A DNA stretch of 42,138 bases from a virus, in the UHGV virus genome UHGV-0055357; one strand, given 5' to 3'. Below, one piece after another: positions 38,734 to 42,138 of the stretch. A program made the translations under genes and the position numbers. Position 1 is the first letter of the stretch, and every line of letters starts with the position of its first letter. A model generated the notes under the pieces. That model made no database searches and was not told the origin of the DNA. It worked only from the letters and a program-made list of their open reading frames with translations.

Positions 38734-39839
38734 CACGTATTGCTTCCCCATTTGCAGCCTCCGGTGATAAAGAACAAATCCCACAGACCAAACAGGACAC
38801 GGGCGAAATTAGTTTCAGCGAGGGCTACGGCCCCGATTATGAGAAAGACCTCGACAATGACACAGGCGCGAAAACAATTGAACGCGCTAAATTAAACTGG
38901 CTGTTATGTCTTGTTACGTCTGAGATTAAAAAATATCAGGAGCAGGGTATTCCTGATTGTATTTCAAAAGAAGACAACGGCGGGATTGATTACCCCTACG
39001 CCGCCGCCGCAATGGTGCGATATAACAATAAAATTTACTACTCATTAAAAGACGCAAACACAGACAAGCCTGATACTAATTCGTGGAGCCTGCTGGACCC
39101 CTCTGAATATTTGAGCGTGGGCGGTGGCACTATAAACGGCGATTTAACAATTACGGGCAGTCTGGATATTAACGGCGAGCAGCCCTACACGAAATCAAAC
39201 CCGCCGCCAGCAACGCCCAATTCATTGTCTATTGGTACGGTAACAACACTGGAACCAGGCGCGCCAGCTACAGCCGTAATCACAGGCGAGGCACCGGAAC
39301 AAACGCTGAGTCTCGGAATACCCGCTGGCGCACCGGGGGAAGATGGCGCGGATGGCGCGGGCGGCGGCAATATTAAAATATCAGCAGGTGGCACAACATA
39401 TAAACCAGACGCTGACGGTGTTATAACGCTGGGGAGCGCTGCTGGACGGGATATTGAAGAAAACAACAGGGATGTGAGTTGGGCCAAAAAGACAGTGCCA
39501 GAATGGGTGCCAGCGGGGGCCAGGGATGGCCTTGAGGCGCGAGATCCGTGGGCCGAGGTTATTGACTGGCAGAATTTTGATTTTGTCTCGGGTTGCTCAT
39601 ACGCCATTAGTAAAAAATCAAATAACGACCCGTTAGCCAATAAATCAAAAGACGCTGATGCGACATGGCAGGTGACATGCGTGTCAAGGTCATTTGCTGA
39701 CAATTACATTCACGAACCTTTATTGATCGTCAGGGAGTCCGGTCGTGTATTTAACGACGTGTATATTGTTTTCTGTTATACGCCGGGTGCCGATGACAGA
39801 TATTGGGCGGTTGGCACAATTGCAATGGAAAAAATTTAA
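38730..39839 (+). CDS. tail fibre protein with Gly-rich collagen-like segment
   Basis: 369 aa. Conserved N-terminal anchor region shared with the next gene. Central Gly-rich stretch GAPGEDGADGAGGG. Confidence 0.65.
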   Translation: MTRIASPFAASGDKEQIPQTKQDTGEISFSEGYGPDYEKDLDNDTGAKTIERAKLNWLLCLVTSEIKKYQEQGIPDCISKEDNGGIDYPYAAAAMVRYNNKIYYSLKDANTDKPDTNSWSLLDPSEYLSVGGGTINGDLTITGSLDINGEQPYTKSNPPPATPNSLSIGTVTTLEPGAPATAVITGEAPEQTLSLGIPAGAPGEDGADGAGGGNIKISAGGTTYKPDADGVITLGSAAGRDIEENNRDVSWAKKTVPEWVPAGARDGLEARDPWAEVIDWQNFDFVSGCSYAISKKSNNDPLANKSKDADATWQVTCVSRSFADNYIHEPLLIVRESGRVFNDVYIVFCYTPGADDRYWAVGTIAMEKI

Positions 39840-39848
39840 GGAATATTA

Positions 39849-41153
39849 ATGGAAAAATTTATTAAAACGCCATTCGCCTTTTTAGGTGACCGCTCCGAAA
39901 TTCCCGACCCAATTCAAAACACTGGCGACGTTTCCATGATGACGGGTTACGGGTACGATTACGAACGCGATCAATTATCGGACACTAACGCGAAAAATAT
40001 CGAACGCCAGAAAATGAACTGGTTGTTTTATATTATCACTCGTGCGATATCTGAGTATCAGTCATCTGGTGTGCCGGAATTTATTACTACGGTAATGAAC
40101 GGCGGCAATCCATACCCGTATCAGAAATCAGCACTAGTGAGATTCAATAGTGGTATCTATTATTCGCTGGTTGATAACAACACTGCCACGCCGGAAGATA
40201 ACACCAAGTGGGCGCAACTCATGTACTCCAATGAGGATATTTTCGACGGGTATTTGAGAATCGATAAACTTCTTTCTGAGATAGCAGAACAGGGAGCAAA
40301 TGCACAAAAACAAGCGCGGGAAAATATCGGTATTGATGGCGATATTGCCTACCGCAACAAAGAAAATACATTTAAAGAAAAAAACACATTTATCAAACCC
40401 ACGCAATTTAATGATGATGTCACTGTCGCGGCTGGCAAAAAAATCAACGCACCAACTATCTGGCTGACGTATAACGGCGAAAAGATGGGGGCACTATCCG
40501 GCAGCGTTGGCGATACCGTTAACCTGATTAGTGACGCTAAATTATTGCTCGGTGGCGCAACAGTTCATGATTTGAAATACCTAGCAGGCAATACCGAATA
40601 TGAGGTGTGGCACGCGGGGAATTATGATCCAGTAAGAACCGTGAATTATATTGGGCCCGATAAAAATGGGAACGTCCAGATTGAATTTTCACCACCACCA
40701 AATCATGACGGTGCATACGCAATGATCACGTATGAATTAAAAATCGACGCAAGCACAGGAATTAGAAAAATTATACCCATTTATGGATCAGAACTAGTCC
40801 CCGGCAGTCAAGTTTTATCTGGCGGAGCAAGATATGGCATCTGGCAACCAACTACTGGCGGAGGAGGGTCTTTACAGGATCCAACAATGACAGCTCTTTC
40901 CCGTCGTTATCCAGTTGGTAATTTAGATAAACTAAAAAATCTTCGAAATCCCGAACCGTATTATAGCGGGAGTGCGATTAAGGGCTGGACGCTTGGTTTA
41001 ATCGACCTAACGTGTAACATTGATGGTGTAGAAGATGACGTGATATTCACCGCTTCGAGCGGGGATTGTGAGGAGTACGGTCGACAGGTTTATGCGAATG
41101 CCATTGCGGGCATGTACGGTGAGATCCCGCCAGATCCAGGAACGCTAAAATAA
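39849..41153 (+). CDS. second tail fibre protein, paralogous N-terminus and distinct C-terminus
   Basis: 434 aa. The first ~120 aa align with the previous gene (shared PF-A, EIP, TGxxS, GYGxDYE, KxNWL, GxPxxI, YPY, VRxN, IYYSL, spacing preserved). The C-terminus is unrelated. Confidence 0.65.
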   Translation: MEKFIKTPFAFLGDRSEIPDPIQNTGDVSMMTGYGYDYERDQLSDTNAKNIERQKMNWLFYIITRAISEYQSSGVPEFITTVMNGGNPYPYQKSALVRFNSGIYYSLVDNNTATPEDNTKWAQLMYSNEDIFDGYLRIDKLLSEIAEQGANAQKQARENIGIDGDIAYRNKENTFKEKNTFIKPTQFNDDVTVAAGKKINAPTIWLTYNGEKMGALSGSVGDTVNLISDAKLLLGGATVHDLKYLAGNTEYEVWHAGNYDPVRTVNYIGPDKNGNVQIEFSPPPNHDGAYAMITYELKIDASTGIRKIIPIYGSELVPGSQVLSGGARYGIWQPTTGGGGSLQDPTMTALSRRYPVGNLDKLKNLRNPEPYYSGSAIKGWTLGLIDLTCNIDGVEDDVIFTASSGDCEEYGRQVYANAIAGMYGEIPPDPGTLK

Positions 41154-41395
41154 TAGGCAGTACGCTAGCTCACATAAAAAACGGTGCGCACCCGGAATTT
41201 TATGAGATTCCACTATGCTCCGATCCGCACGCCCGGTAAACGAGGTTGTTCAGAATCTGGAATCAGCCTCGCAAATCCACCACAGCACCGGGCGCAATTC
41301 CTAAAAATATTTTTTCAATCATCGCCTTGCACTGGATCATGATATGCGCGCCCGGCTGGAATGAAGCTGGGCGCTCTATTTATTGCACGGATGTT

Positions 41396-42088
41396 ATGAT
41401 GAAAAAATACCTCGTTTTATGCCTCGCTCTGGCCCTGACGGGCTGCAAAGTCGATCTCGCAACCACCGTTGATCTCGCAGATATTCAGTCGGAACAGCAC
41501 AAAGCCACCACCGCTGACCTGAATTTTGAAGTCGCGGCGTGTAACGACTACGAAGACTCCCGCAAAGACTCTGATAGTCTGCTCAGAATCAAGGCACAGA
41601 TCCCCACTATTTTCACGAACGCCGAATTTGTTGAGTGTTACCAGAAAAAATTTGAGTCGTTCGCACATTTCCGCGTACCTGTTGATGTCGGCGCACTGTC
41701 TGAAAAAGCCGTCGTCGCCGTGCCTGATGCCGATATTTTCCTGACGTCGAAAAAAGAGGACGGGCAACTCGCCTCAATTTATCTGTCTGAAAAAGTACGT
41801 AAAAACCTAAAACAGGCGCAGAAAAGCACCCCTGTTGATTTTGACTACAACATTACTATAACGATTAACCGCACAGAGGAACCGGTTGAAGCGGTGGTCG
41901 CAGGCCTGTTTGTTGTTGACGCGAAAGGAAATCGCGCGCCAGTTGTATTGCAGAAGCTCCACTGGCAAAAAGCCAAAACCATGACGTTCTCGCTATCAGA
42001 TGTAGGCAAATCACAGCTATTTGATAAGGGCGTGTTCGAACTACTGCTGTCAGACAGCAGGGCAAAACAGCGTCTTGGGATACAATAA
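41396..42088 (+). CDS. lipoprotein, function unknown (cargo or flanking host gene)
   Basis: Start taken at ATG 41396 (MMKKYLVLCLALALTGC, lipobox LTGC), ~231 aa. Lies after the last tail fibre gene. Confidence 0.6.
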   Translation: MMKKYLVLCLALALTGCKVDLATTVDLADIQSEQHKATTADLNFEVAACNDYEDSRKDSDSLLRIKAQIPTIFTNAEFVECYQKKFESFAHFRVPVDVGALSEKAVVAVPDADIFLTSKKEDGQLASIYLSEKVRKNLKQAQKSTPVDFDYNITITINRTEEPVEAVVAGLFVVDAKGNRAPVVLQKLHWQKAKTMTFSLSDVGKSQLFDKGVFELLLSDSRAKQRLGIQ

Positions 42089-42138
42089 ATTAATATGCGG
42101 TGCTCTACGGAGTGCCGCAATAATTTAGGGGCAAAATT

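Overview
This window is about 42 kb of a temperate, lambdoid-organised phage, almost certainly a prophage in an enterobacterial host (inference from gene content; no database search was possible). Reading left to right: a leftward early operon (minus strand, ~50-4656) with a recombination module; an immunity region with an HTH-only repressor (6049-6459, minus) and a divergent Cro-like gene; lambda-type replication genes O and P with a six-iteron origin inside O; a nin-like region with ninB and ninG; a Q-like antiterminator followed by a tR'-like terminator; a cargo slot; a lysis cassette; small and large terminase; portal and head genes; and a contractile-tail module (sheath, tube, chaperone, tape measure, baseplate, two tail fibres). 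No integrase, tRNA, rRNA or CRISPR array was seen. The strongest candidates for an undescribed system are: (1) a 384-aa PD-(D/E)xK nuclease (HsdR-N-terminal-like) sitting directly downstream of the repressor in the position lambda uses for rexAB; (2) a 298-aa HslV/proteasome-beta-like protein inserted as a self-contained moron between Q and the lysis genes, the slot where Stx phages carry stx; (3) an HNH endonuclease translationally coupled to an HsdM-like N6-adenine methyltransferase; (4) a near-consensus LexA box in front of a 66-aa ORF, which fits antirepressor-mediated induction given that the repressor has no peptidase domain. All family assignments are from motifs I recognise by eye and need profile or structure searches to confirm.
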